The notes under the pieces were generated by a model. It did no database searches. It saw only the letters and a list, made by a program, of their open reading frames with translations, and was not told where the DNA came from. A stretch of 64,000 nucleotides of DNA from Mizuhopecten yessoensis (Eukaryota): assembly GCF_002113885.1 (NCBI RefSeq), contig NW_018407074.1, forward strand, positions 453,948 to 517,947. The letters are read 5' to 3'. Numbering within the stretch: the stretch's first letter is position 1; every line of letters begins with the position of its first letter. Positions 50,329 through 64,000 of the stretch are shown piece by piece. Made by a program: the position numbers and the translations under genes.

Positions 50329-52251
50329 ATAAAAGAACAATTATCAATATTAACTACAATTAGAATATTCTTCAAATTACTTAAAAGCTATCTAGTAAAA
50401 AGTTGTACATTCATGTCCTAATACGTTGATATTGTATGGGAACATTATCTAAATGGGGTACCTCACTGCTTTTTTCCTTCATTGATACAATTATATTGTC
50501 AACACAAGCACTGCTCCACGTGAATTAACACTACTTTACCTCGGGTAAATTCCCTACTGGACAGTAATTAAAATTCATCAAACATAACAATTTCAAAAAA
50601 AAAATGGTCATTAACTACATGATCATGAGTATAGGTACATGCATATAGACGTCATGTGTTTACAACAACTAGGTTGACAAAATGCGGAATAAATGGCTGG
50701 CTATCGATAAGAACGCACCAATAGCTGATAAGGGTAACTGTAGACTGACATGCAGATATTTACCTGAATTCTACAACAAAGGCATCCGCTCTTTGTTCTC
50801 CGTAGAGAGGCCGATACCAAAGAAAATTAATTGATGACCTGTGACAATCACACTCAATCTGTTTGCCTGCTTTGTTTATGGCCCATTTTGAATTCATACA
50901 ATAAACTCCACAGCAGGAATTTTGTTTTAGTTGGTGTAACGGTAAATGACTGTTTAACACAACACCCCAAGATTCATTTTGTCGGAATTTAAACGGAAAC
51001 TGATCCTACCTGGTACACCGTTTCATATATTTACATATGGCTTATATTGGACATGCTTAAACCAGTTTTAAGTACATTTCAAAATCCGTACAAATTACTT
51101 TAATCGTCCTTATTTGAATAACATATTTGTAAAGTCTAACTTTTTCAGGTCAAGGAGTGTTTCAAAAACTATTTTGAAGTGGTACACAATTTGTTCCAGT
51201 AGGAGTATAAATCTTTTAATTCTGACTCAATATCAAACCTTTGTTTTCCAAATTCATTTACAATAGATAATTTCATTTTATGATGCTAATGATAAATGCC
51301 CTTAACTGCTCATGAAAAATGTTTCTGTGCTACATCACTATTGTACAGGTAACCATGAAATGCATCTCGATAAAAATTACAAAAAACCCCACAAAAAACA
51401 AACACTAGGTGAAAATGAATGATGCTGGAAAATTGATTCTGCTGAATTTCAGCACTTTTGAAAAACAAATTTTAAAGGAAGTCTATTGGTAGAGTCAAAT
51501 ACATTTTACAAATTTGCTAAAACGTACTTTTGTTTTTTTCTATATACATTAGATATTATATGGCTGGTGGCAGAGGTTTTGATATGCAATAGATTTTAGG
51601 TGTTGATTGGAACGATTACCTGAACTCACAATCACCTTGATGACTCAAGCTTGATTCCATCAGAAATACAGTGATGATAGAATACAATTAAAGATACACA
51701 TTCCATTTGGGACACTCATATGGAAATATACTCAGTGACCTTTACCAAAACATGTCACAATTAGATGCTGATATTACAATCCTTCCACTGAATTTGAGGA
51801 TGTTGCCATTGGCATTTTCTTTGCTGTTTTGTATTTGTTAAAGTTATTAATTAAAGGGCCAATGTAAGCAACTGACACCACCTCATGAACATTAAAGATT
51901 TATTGCACAAACTTGCCATTAAGTTTTTTGCATGATGCTTTATATTTGAGATATACCTTATGACATAAGTTTTTGTTTATGTCTGGAAATTTTGCTATAT
52001 CTATACCTCTAATGTTTCTTTGCATTGTCTTTGTCAAATTTTACAAAATTTTTGGTAAAAGTTGAGAGAAAAAGAGTCATTTATCAGTATTATGCAGGAA
52101 AGGATATTCCTCCCTTGGGTGTAGAATTTGGTGTTGAAACTAAGCACATTAAAATCTCAGTTCTGACAAAATTCTACACCCTATGGTAGAACTTCCCTGT
52201 TCCACTTACAATGTACTAACTTACATATGATAGATTCTATTAGTTATGGAG

Positions 52252-52390
52252 TAGGAGCGGAAAATGCAAGGCCAGATCAGTATTTGAACCCAGGACCCTC
52301 CAAACTCTAGACGGATGCTCTAGCTACCAACTAAGCAACTAGTCGCCGGGAAATCGTGAAATCATTGATCAGTCAATTTCGCTCCTTAAA
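52252..52390 (-). mobile_element. Decayed tRNA-like/SINE repeat within short inverted ends
   Basis: TTTGAACCCAGGACC (B box on minus strand); AGGAGCG...CGCTCCT ends. Confidence 0.4.
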
Positions 52391-54054
52391 AATGACTTTG
52401 GTTACCTAATTAATTAATAGTACAGGGATTTCACAAACATATGTCTGCTCTTATTTATTTATTTTGCAAATTTTATTCATTTTTTAAAATCAACTCTATA
52501 TTTGAATTTTGGAAATGATCCACCATGTGAAAGCTTGATTTACTCAAACAGTCCACTTCAATGAACTATATTTATTTGAGACCCACCCTTAAATCAATAA
52601 ACTATATTTATAGATATTTGTATAACACCTTTTTTGAGTGATTTACATATGAATGTTAAAATTTAAATAAATATCATAAGTCATGTAAAGTCCATTTAGG
52701 GGTAGCAGTCTGGACACATTTGTTCATGAATTATGTCATAACATAGTGTCAGGTGTACACCTGGATTCTCAATATCTGTATTAGTTGCCATCTACACAAC
52801 TAAAGTATAAACCCCACAGGTAAATCTTAAGTTAACCATTTGAGCAGCAAATTGATCATGAGACACTTGTCAATTTCTACAACAGAAATTTATGTAAATG
52901 ACAAAAATGATATTTCGTGTCTGTGTAGCGTTTACCTGGAATAGATATTTATCAACTTGTCCCATTTATTATTTACCTGTTCACCTGAGAGCTCAATGTT
53001 ACCATAGGTGTATATGGCATGGTAGAAGGCTTTACTATTCCTAATCTGTAATTCTTTACAAAGCCATTACCTCCAATGCTAAAGTCCTATTGATATATAT
53101 ACCTACACATATACATGTGTTTGATCAGACGGACTGGTCAGTAAGAATGTTCTTTAAAAGTCTGGTATCTAGCAGCTTAACTTCGGGGTTTGGCATATTA
53201 ATTTTCCATAACAAAAGTTCCTGATTAGAGAAGTGTTTTGATTAAAAACACCAGAAACAAAAGAACTGAATGTATTTTAGGTGTTATGCAGATTTTTGAT
53301 TTTTTAAATGCTATTTAGCAAATCTAATTTTATTAAAGTATACAAGTAAGCTAACAAGTCTTTGTGTAGAATTTCAACTGTTCTGATCCTAAAGTTTGAT
53401 CCCATTACCCTCGAAGATAAATCTTAAATATCACTGATATTATAACCAATTACTCCATCAGGGAGATATGTGGAATAGAATGTTAAAAGGTAAGAAGATA
53501 ATTCTAACATGGTGACAACTGACTTCCAACCGTGAGTAATAGGAAGAGGAAAGAAATATTATGATGACCTCTACAGAAAACTATAAATTACCAGCTACTC
53601 CATGATATTATCAGATCATTTTTTGTGTGCATTATACTGATGCAAATTACAAGACAAAATTTTAACTTAGCCAATTACTCAATATATCAGCAGGTTTAAA
53701 ATGCAATCCAGAAAGTATAGAAAACAGAAAGACAGCAGGACCATAACACGACAATAAACAGTAGGTCTATAACCGATAATGAGTCAGCAGGTCTAGAACA
53801 CAATAATGAGTGCAAAAAATATTTACTTCAAATTAAATATCACATGAATCGAATTTGAAATTAAATTTGCGTGTATGCTATTTTGTATATTAAGTCCTTC
53901 ACTCTGTGATTCCAAAATGGTCCATGCCATCTGTTTATGACTTGAAAAATTATTAATCTCATTTTAAAATGTCATATAATAAAACAATTGTGGACTTCAG
54001 TCTCAGTCTATCTCTGATTTACGGACCTGGTCTGAACAATATTCACAGAGGCCA

Positions 54055-55340
54055 AAGGTCCACAATACAGTAAGTCAGCAGGTCCATAACACAATACAAT
54101 AAGTCAGCAGGTCCATGACACTATACAATAAGTCAGCAGGTCCATAACACAACAATAAGCTAGCAGGTCCACAATTTAATAAGTCAGCAGGTCCATAATA
54201 CAACAAGTAAGCAGGTCCACAATACAATAAGTCAGCAGGTCCATAACACAACAATAAGTCAGCAGGTCCATAACACAACAATAAGTCAGCAGGTTAACAA
54301 TACAATAAGTCAGCAGGTCCATAACACAACAATAAGTCAACATGCCATAACACAACAATAAGTCAGCTGGTCCACAATACAATAAGTTAGCATATCCATA
54401 ACACAACAATAAGTTAGCAGGTCCACAATATAGTAAGTCAGCAGGTTCATAACACAACAATAAGTCAGCAGGTTCATAACACAATACAATAAGTCAGCAG
54501 GTCCATAACACAACAATAAGTCAGCAGATCCATAACACAATACAGAAAGTCAGCAGGTCCAAAACAACAATAAGTCAGCAGATCCATAACACAACAAAAA
54601 AACAAGAGGTCAATAACACAATACAGTAAGCCAGCAGGTCCATAACATAACAATAAGTCAACAGGTTCATAACACAATAGAATAAGTTAGCATATCCATA
54701 ACCCAACAATAAGTTAGGAGGTCCACAATATAGTAAGTCAGCAGGTACACAATACAGTAAGCCAGCAGGTCCATAACATAACAATAAGTCAACATGCCAT
54801 AACACAACAACAAGTCAGCTGGTCCACAATACAATAAGTCAGCGGGTCCATAACACAATCCAGGAAGTCAGCAGGTCCAAAACACAACAATAAGTAAGCA
54901 GGTCCATAACACACTACAATAAGTCAGCAGCTCCATAACAATACAATAAGTCAGCAGCTCCATAACAATACAATAAGTCAGCAGGTCTACAATACAGTAA
55001 GTCGGCAGGTCCATAACAACAATAAGTCAGCAGGTTAACAATACAATAAGTCAGCGGGTCCATAACACAATCCAGGAAGTCAGCAGGTCCACAACACAAC
55101 AATAAATCAGCAGGTCCATAATACAATACAATAAGTCAGCGGGTCCATAAAAACAATAAGTCAGGAGGTTCATAACACAATACAAAAAGACAGCAGGTCC
55201 ATAACAAAACAATAAGTCAGCAGGTGCACAATACAGTAAGTCAGCAGGTCCATAACATAACAATAAGTCAACAGGTTCATAACACAACAATAAGTCAGCA
55301 GGTCCACAATACAGTAAGTCAGCAGGTCCATAACACAATT
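54055..55340. repeat. Degenerate ~22-27-bp minisatellite
   Basis: AATAAGTCAGCAGGTCCATAACACAAC variants; explains the many CYGPADLL ORFs. Confidence 0.95.
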
Positions 55341-56528
55341 AGAAAGGGTGAGTTACATGGATATTGGTAAAATGGATGAGCTACATGGATATAAAATACC
55401 ATGTTACAGTAACCCCCCCCCCCTTTTTTTTGAGGCAGACACCTGTGGCTAGATTGATGGTATCATCTTCATTGGAAAAAGCTGTGTATTGCAGAATGGC
55501 AAGAAAAGATGAATATAAGAACCACAATCTGCAACATATACTTTGTAGTATGCAAAATGAAAAACAGGGAATTCACCTAACTCAAAAACAGTATATAACA
55601 TGTAGTTAGTATATAGATATAATTGGTATTTCAATTTATAGGGTAGATTTGCGGAGTAGTATAGGTATAATACAGTATAAACAGGTAGTGTATAGAGTAT
55701 ATAACAGTATAAACAGGTATGGTATAGTATATATACACATATTGTTCACAGCAAATTAAAGAAGAAATCTAAGTATATCTATAGTATAGGTACATATGTA
55801 GTGTATGTGACAGAGTATATATACAGGTAGATTATTAATAGTACAGATTAGGTTAAAGATTATTTGTATAGAGGAAATGAATTACTAGGAAGTATTTAGA
55901 ACACAATACTTAACATATATAGTTAAGTATATAAACATATATAGTTATGAACAAAGTAGTTTTAGATAGCATACAGAGTATATATGTCAGAATAAAAGGT
56001 ATATATACATGAAGCATCAAAAGTGTGGTATTATAGTTCTGACTTCTGTCAAATTTCGTTTTGACAAGAAATTATATTCATATTAGATCAAATGAAAAAG
56101 AACAGAAATTAGAATTCGTGCTAAAGTAATTGATAACTTACTATTACTGTCTTCCTTACGATGTTTTGTCACAGAAAGACATCTGTCCTAAATCCATGCA
56201 TATTCCTACATAATATAGCGAGCCAGCATGCCGACAGCACAGTGTTTACATCCACATTGTGGTGGGGTCACCAGGTCAACCTATGAACTAGACTCACTCC
56301 AGACGGACTCCGCATTGTTATATCATGCATACATTTATTTAAAATTAAATCCTTACAATAATTACAATCTGCATATACATTAAGTAATGACACAAGTAGC
56401 AAGAATGATAATTTAGGCAAAATAACTACCTGTTAAGCAGAATAAATGCATATGTTGATAGAGTAGGAGGGAGTATATTTGATAAATAGATCGGCATGGT
56501 TCCTTACGAGAATGCACGAGACTTCGCG

Positions 56529-56542
56529 GGTCCTATGGCAAC
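56529..56542. promoter_or_regulatory. Putative RFX X-box in a divergent promoter
   Basis: GGTCCTATGGCAAC in a CpG-containing patch between two divergent, probably ciliary/sperm genes. Confidence 0.4.
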
Positions 56543-57618
56543 ATTATACATTCTGCAAATATGGCCGACTAAGCGGTAGATAATAATTCTAGGTAAGCTA
56601 AGTGTGTGGGTGTCGTTTTTTCTCGATTTTACAGATAAAATGAGTTTGTGTATGATTAAATCAAAACGTCTTCTTGTCAAATAATTGCAAGCAATGAAAT
56701 GACAAATGAAAGACACAGCAGGTGCTCGCTCTCATTAATTAGTCATTACATTGTTGTGATTGGGACAGGTGCCCGTCCAAATTTAACACCCGCGAAAATA
56801 AATATAATTCCACACCACAGAGAGTCGTTAACATGTTGATTATGACCACGAGAAGACTATACGCGATATACCCTTATATAATAATGTAATTGTATTCTTA
56901 TATTTATGGTTAGAATTATTGTAATAGGAAGGAAGAAGTATACCCTATCAATTAGCGAAAATGAGCATGCATTCGTTTGCTGGGACTGGAACCCGCCGCC
57001 ACAGATTTTCAAGTTGGGTGCTCTACTGTTGATTTAAATGGATTTTTTTATTGGAAAAGCTAGCAAGACGATTTTGACACTGCACAACGCACATCTTATA
57101 CTACCTCCTCCCCCCCCCCCNCACACTACCTTGAACAATGGGAGGTTGAAGGCAACAATCTGTAATAGGGAGAAATTAGTGAAAACAATTTATGCATTCA
57201 CTGCATGGGGGTTGAACCCGTGACCCGAGACTTAACATCTTTTCGGCACAAGTTACTGCTGAATTAAAAGGGAAATTATCTCTACTTTAAACTAGTAAGG
57301 TTGCTTTGACACTATGTACAATGCATATCCCTTACATGATCTCCAAACTCTGGGCCTCTCTTATATATATATGTAGCAGAACTTGACTGGTACGATTGCC
57401 AATGACCAGGCAGCTTAATCAAAGGTTAGAGTGTCTGTCTAGATTTAGGTGGTCCCAGATTCAAATCTTTTACAAAAACTGAACTATGTGAGTACTTTTC
57501 CTAAACCTGGAGAGTTCAAGCACAGTATATTTGACTGTATAAGAACCTCTGGATTATAGTATCGATAATATATGGGTCCTGTTTTCAATTTCTTTGCTTG
57601 ATTTCAGAAAGATTACGG

Positions 57619-58177
57619 ATGCCTGGCAGTATGTCAACTGCCAACATGCCGACGGTAGAAGAACGTGATTTTCTCGAGAACTCTTTTTTGGTCAAACACA
57701 GTGGCTTCACACCGCGGCCGATACAGAGGTTGGCACAGAGAAAGAAGCCAAGAACAATGCTAAATATAGAATGCAATCACTTCCTCCGTACGAAAACTGA
57801 GTCATTCACACATGGACATCCCATGCTAGGTTACAAGTTGTGGCTGGAAGCAGGAAAACATGAAGCCCCCTACCCGAGCCGGCCAGATGACAATTATAAC
57901 AGTAATGTCTGGCGTAACTTTCGAAGGCAATATGGATTTAGTGCTACAGCAGATGGACGGAAAATCTCTGATGTTATCGCCTCTATGTATCCTCTAAATA
58001 TACCTCCACCATCACAAGTTGGTGACCACTCTTTTGACAAATTTATCAGAGAGAGTTCATTGTTTAACAATGAAAAAATGAAGTCATTAGCTATGGAGAG
58101 AACAAAGAATGATGTGGTAGAATTTAAACGCCTTCGAGTGAAAAGTGATGCAAGGAATCCCCCACTAGATGAATCTG
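57619..58177 (+). CDS. TEX52: TEX52-like protein, coding exon 1
   Basis: GYKLWLEAGK..PYPSRPDDNYNSNVWRNF, YPLNIPPPS and KSDARNPPLDESG recall TEX52 motifs; acceptor atttcag at 57607, G|gtaagt donor. Confidence 0.8.
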
Positions 58178-58227
58178 GTAAGTATGATATATTCCTCATA
58201 GTATATACCATAGAATAGCATTGACTT

Positions 58228-58580
58228 CATGGCAATATTGACACATACCACAACTACATGGCATATTGACATATATACCACAACTACATGGCATATTGAC
58301 AAAGATACCACAACTACATGGCATATTGACATAGATACCGCAACTACATGGCCATATTGACATATATACTACAACTACATGGCATGTCTGGAAATATTGA
58401 CATATATACCACAACTACATAGCAATATGACATATATACCACAACTACATGACAATATTGATATATACCATAACTACATGGCATATGGACATATATACCA
58501 CAACTAGATGGCATATTGACATATATACCACAACCTGATGGCAATATTGACATATATACCACAACTATATGGCAATACAT
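58228..58580. repeat. ~30-bp minisatellite in the TEX52-like intron
   Basis: ATGGC(A)ATATTGACATATATACCACAACTAC x ~11. Confidence 0.92.
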
Positions 58581-58787
58581 AAATCAGGTCAACATTGATA
58601 CAACATGAAAGTAATGGTAACATTGAAATATAAACCACATGACAACATGTATTGGACATATACACTAGGACATCATTGACATACCCTTTCACAGTATTGC
58701 CATACCTGGTGGTGTTGATGCACAAGTCAGTACAGCATTGACCGATACCACAGGACAACAGCTGAACTTTAATTTATCTCAAAATAT

Positions 58788-58937
58788 CATTTACATATAC
58801 CTCAGGATAGCCTCGACTATAGCGATCCCACTTCCATTCACATATACCTCAGGATAGCCTCGACTTTAGCGATCCCATTTCCATTCACATATACCTCAGG
58901 ATAGCCTCGACTTTAGCGATCCCACTTCCATTCACAC
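58788..58937. repeat. 47-bp tandem repeat x3
   Basis: CATTCACATATACCTCAGGATAGCCTCGACTTTAGCGATCCCACTTC; TACC at 58798 and 58845. Confidence 0.92.
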
Positions 58938-59008
58938 AACACTACAATCATGCTGTACAAAGGTGAAATCAACATTTTTAAACAAAATAAAATTTGTTGC
59001 TTTTTCAG

Positions 59009-59304
59009 GACAAATTATACCTCCAGAGAATTTCAAGAAATATGAGCACCGTTTTGTTCCTCCGCCTCTGCCTCCCCCGACACCCCCTCCAGCCAATCAG
59101 AAGACAGACTCACTTGGACAGCGCTACGTCCCCAAGTCTGAACCACACCTATGGAAGCTGTCTTACAAACTGTCCAATCCACAATATGAACATGTTCGAC
59201 AGGAGATTCGTAAACGTCAAAAGATGATGAAGGATGAACCGCCACAGTCTCCTCAACCACACATCCCAAAGAACTTTCCATCTCCTGTCAACCGCAAAAC
59301 GTAA
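59009..59304 (+). CDS. TEX52: TEX52-like protein, coding exon 2 (total 284 aa)
   Basis: tttttcag acceptor, phase 1; GQIIPPENFKKYEHRF...PHLWKLSYKLSNPQYE...RKT*. Confidence 0.8.
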
Positions 59305-62300
59305 TGAGCACAGATGCCATTTGCTTATTATGGTGGAATTTCTTGTTGTCAAGGCCAAAAGTCAACCTTGCTTGGCGATCTCCAAATCTCATGATGATAT
59401 TATTATTGGGGTAATATTCAGATTCTAAGCATTAGGTAGATAAAGTGTGATGATTGCCAAAGTAATTGTTATTGATGCTAAACACAAAATGTATATCTAT
59501 AAAGTCAAAATATTTGGTGTCTGCCAAAATTTCAACATTTTCTTTTTAGCTAAGTCTATCCTCTTGGTATAAGCCAAATTAATTTCATTTTTTGTTATAA
59601 TTATACAAACATGTGCTCACATATAACACTGGCATTTTCCACACAAATTACGAAACGTTCAGAAGCGACATTCTCTGTGGAGTCCTACTGTTTTCACGAG
59701 GGTATTATATCAACACAATTGAGTTCTGTAAATGAAAATACCTGTGGAAAGGATTTTTTTGGTTATTTTGCAATAATAGAATAGATGAGGATCATACATC
59801 ACAATAATATAGAGAGTGTCTTATCAATCTGCTAGTCATGAGTCAAGTGCATTGTTTCTAAATTTGACTCATTAAAGTTTTGAAAATTCATGGAACTATT
59901 CACTACTTTTCAGAAGTTTTAGAACAAGTCTATGTGAAACTGTATGATAAAGTTATAAATGTTTATTCATATATATTTGTTCAATGAGAATATTTACCAA
60001 CATGGGTGGTACCCAAAAGAAAATATTTACCTGTATAAGTAGTCACTTGCCTTAAAAGTATTAAAAGAGTCGAGCACTTGAAGAATCTATTTTTTGTACT
60101 TAATGCAAAAAAAAAATATCGACTAAATGTGTGACATATGAATTTCTATTTTTTAATAAAAAAAAATGTCATTTCAACAAATATTGATTAACTCTTTCAG
60201 TACCACTTTTAAATGTCTTTTGGCATCAACAAAATACGATCTCTGATCATACGGAAGAAAGTGTGTTTTAATGATTTTCATAGTTTATGCCAAAAAAGAA
60301 ACATGAAGTACAGAGTTATTCTTATTCCAAATATTATTTTTTATAATCATATATCTTTTTTGAGTGTAACTCAAATGTATTCATCACTTTATCATAGATC
60401 CGATAAAATGAAAAAATACTATATAAAATGTCATATGTTGTGTATTAGGCATAGGACCACGTTTTGTCCTAGAGCATTACAAAAAGGTTATTTATTTTAA
60501 CAATTTTATCAAAATTGTAGCATCTCCATCTATGTAATTTATATCTAGTCTAATCTTATTATTATAATGTAGCTAACATGAGATACTCAAGTTTGTATAA
60601 GGGCCCAGGCTTGGTCAAATGACATCTGTATATTTCACTAGAGATATTTTAAAAATTACATGTAGTACATTTATTTCTAAACTTGCATGCGAGGATGTTC
60701 AAATGAAAGCCTGTTACACCCTAAACATGAAAACATTCCAATATTTTATTAGATATTTAGAAAAGAAAATTCTGCACATTTGAGTATTGTGGCCAGGAAG
60801 TTTGTGATTTAGATTTAGTAAGATAATTTACTGAGGAAAAGTATATGTGACAACAATTTTAAGATAATTTTATAAACAAAAGTGAACGTGATATTATTGA
60901 TGTAAAAGTTAAATTTGTGGTAATCAAATCATTAATACAACAGACAAGTTTTGTTGATGGAGTCGGTATTTTCAAGCTTTTTTGAAAAGTGTTTTGTCTT
61001 TAATAAAAAGAATACTGTGATCGAAACATGTAATTTTCATATATGCAGTTCATTTTCTGAAAAACAATCCTGGAGAATTGTTTTTGATATTCATAAATCC
61101 AGTTCTATTTAAGATTAATGAAAAATTGAATGAAGCTGAGAGTCCAGATTAACAAGCTACCATTTGATATAGAATGAAACTCTCATTAGAAATGATTTAT
61201 AATAAAGGGGAAATTACTCTTCATACAGTTTTTTGTCAGTGATAATATATAAAATGCATGTTAATACTGTTTAACTGTCTTTATTTTATTGGTATATATA
61301 CTGTTTTCTAATATCATACTTTATTTTTATACAACTTTGACCTCATCTTGTAATCTTAAACATGTATACCCGGGGGGTATAGCCCTGACAGCTTCTGAAT
61401 CTGTATCAACAATAACCAAAACTATAACTATACAGAAATCCAGTTAACTTCATATTGATTTTTAATAGTATTTTAATATGGTTTTTGATTAATTGCAGAA
61501 TTATATTACTCAAAATGTTTATAATTGAACCATTGATAAAAATGTCAGCTGGTAAAATACTAGCCGCTTCCTACTGACTCGGCTAGAGAGAATTTCTCTT
61601 TAGCTCATTCGGTAGAGCGTAAAACTTAAGTAAGCCAAAGTTCATCACTCCTGGCATAAGCATAGACAAACTACTTACCTCTGATACAAAAATACTGATT
61701 ATAGTTTTAAGAGAATTAAAATACTTCACAAAATCCAAATTAAAATGTAACAGTATACTTTGGAAAGTTGGATCAGAAACCATCCCGGTATGATACGAAT
61801 GATTACTTTGACATCGATCAGTCTCATTTCTGATATAATTATTGTGTACAAACTAATCCTTGATGTTTAATTTCCCTGTCGTCTTAAAAACATCTTTGTT
61901 GTAATCTTGTGTGTTGTAAATACCAACTAAAGAGCAAATCATCTACCTTTCTAACAGTGTTTAATTCCACGTCAATCAGGAATTGTAATTTATTTTACTG
62001 AGCATCTTTAAGGTTTGTAAATCTTTGGACCATGATAAAGAGATGATTGTTAGGGGTCTAAGATCAAAGTAGGCTAATATTCTAATAAAAGTAAAACATT
62101 TTTATCGTAATATGTAGAAAAAGAAGTGAAATCATATCAATAGATCAAATTACTCAGTTGTATGTAAAACACCCCTGTCCTCATCACTGCCAGTTAGGGT
62201 GTTTTATATATTAAAGTTTTATATTGTGTATTTCATGAGGTAGTGTCTTAAATATGTATAAAACACACAAAAAAGGTTGTGTTTTACTGATTATAAGCCA

Positions 62301-63334
62301 AGGGAACCTAGCCAATAGAAAAATTCCTAAATTCAGCAGAATGTTGAAAATATAATTGGAAGCCTGATCACCATTTTTTTAAATGAGAGTTTGGTTGATT
62401 ATTTCTAAGCTGGATACTATAAGCTTTTTTGAGAGGAGAAGAGGAAAAATGAAATGATCCATCCATCATAGCTACCAATTCAGGCTATGATTAGTGTCAG
62501 GTGTTGGATTGAGGGTATTATAGAGTTGTTGTGTGAAAAGAAGGACAATGTGCTGTCAGATATTGGATCGTGGGAGATAGTTGTCACACAACAGTGAAAC
62601 ATACTACATCAAGTGGTGGATTTTGTTGTTTTCAGATGTGAATGGAATATGAATATATTGTAGATTGAGAACTGCTCATGTTTGTTTTTTGAAACCTATA
62701 AAATTTTAAATAGATTCTAGTTTTTGTTAAAGTTCTAATATTATGTTATCTGATAAAAGTGTGCAATTATTTATTCATGTTTCCTTAAGTGTAAACATTA
62801 TCATTCTATTGTGTTTTGTGCTGAGGAAATCTGATTGTTTGGTGGCTAATTCAGCATCCAAACAAACCAGAACCTTTTTTGTTAACATGTATCTTCCTAA
62901 TGATTTTGTTTTTATTTATAAACAGCTTCCTTGTAAACTTAAATCCTAAAATATTTTATGTTTCCCGTCTCCGAATGAGATAGAGATAAAGATTTGAGTT
63001 ACATCAGCATTTTAACAATATGGTTGTGACAGGTATCTATTGATAAATCCATAGAAATAGTGCTTAATTGTTATTATCCAAATACAATTTAGACTTTGTT
63101 ATCTTATCTTTAACCTTACTTTCAACTTTTAAATGGTTAAGTGAATTTGCAGTGAAAATCTTCATCTAAGATTAACCTGCCTATTGTGACCAGCCTCCAG
63201 TACATACATCAGTTCCTTATACACTGGTGCTGTTTACATGGACTTAAGGTGACTGGTCACTATAGACAAGTTGTTGATGAAATAGACTTAGGTAGATTGA
63301 TGACCTGTATTTGAAGTGTAAATGGACATAATAA

Positions 63335-63615
63335 CACCTGTGTATAGTGGCCAGTGTCTAGTTTTTATCATTACAGGCTGCTGAAGACTGATATTACCTG
63401 TGTATAGTGGCCAGTATCTAGTTTTTATCATTACAGGCTGCTAAAGACAGGTATTACCTGTGTTTAGAGGCCAGTGTCTAGTTTTTATCATTACAGGCTG
63501 CTGAAGACAGGTTTTACCTGTGTTTAGTGGCCAGTGTCTAGTTTTTATCATTACAGGCTGCTGAAGACAGGTGTTACTTGTGTTTAGTGGCCAGTGTCTA
63601 GTTTTCATCATTTCC
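63335..63615. repeat. 60-bp tandem repeat x ~4.5
   Basis: GTTTTTATCATTACAGGCTG recurs at 63361, 63421, 63481, 63541. Confidence 0.93.
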
Positions 63616-64000
63616 GCCCACTATGGACAGGTGTTTTGATTTTCACTGGTTGATAGCCATAGTATTAGGGATTGTATTTTTAATTTAAGAAAAGATAGAG
63701 ATTTTCAGTATTTGGAGCATTTCTGTGATATCCCTTACACTGGATTATGTTCTGATTGTATGTTCATACCTTATTTATCATTAGCTCCAGAGGATATAGG
63801 ATTATTATCCACATACTATCATATAGAATTGTTAAGTATTTAGGTATTTTTTGTCTTTCACAAAAGTTTTCCCCTAATAAAATCTATTTGACTGTTTTTA
63901 TGCTTAGACTGAATTTATTTTACAAAACTTTCTTTCAATATTTCAAAAATATTTAATGGTTCCTTAATGAATACCATAAATACATTACAAATATGGCAGA

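Noticed and set aside
54075-55338. Cys/Tyr/Leu-rich ORFs (CYGPADLL)
   Set aside because: All frames of one degenerate minisatellite, with frameshifting indels
56950-57480. tRNA-like B-box motifs as tRNA genes
   Set aside because: No complete cloverleaf; they look like decayed SINE/MITE fragments

Overview
AT-rich, intron-rich animal genomic DNA; gene content and repeat types suggest a lophotrochozoan such as a bivalve mollusc (inference). I reconstruct four protein-coding genes by hand. (1) The 5' end of a minus-strand type II membrane protein gene, possibly FAM234-like (CDS exons 4694-4700 and 2832-3227, continuing off the window). (2) A complete 15-exon glycogen synthase (GYS) gene on + (7763-28124, 696 aa). 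(3) A minus-strand gene joining the 332-aa RS-rich ORF and the 843-aa coiled-coil ORF into one ~1158-aa protein, with a possible 47-nt stop-containing cassette exon. (4) A two-coding-exon TEX52-like gene on + (284 aa), divergent from gene 3 around a putative RFX X-box. Introns carry many minisatellite arrays, MITE-like inverted repeats, SINEs and LINE/LTR fragments. The most striking observation is that several intronic minisatellites appear to be amplified copies of the adjacent splice junction itself: the GYS exon 7 donor, the exon 5 and exon 13 acceptors, and probably the TEX52 donor. No CRISPR or prokaryotic system is present.
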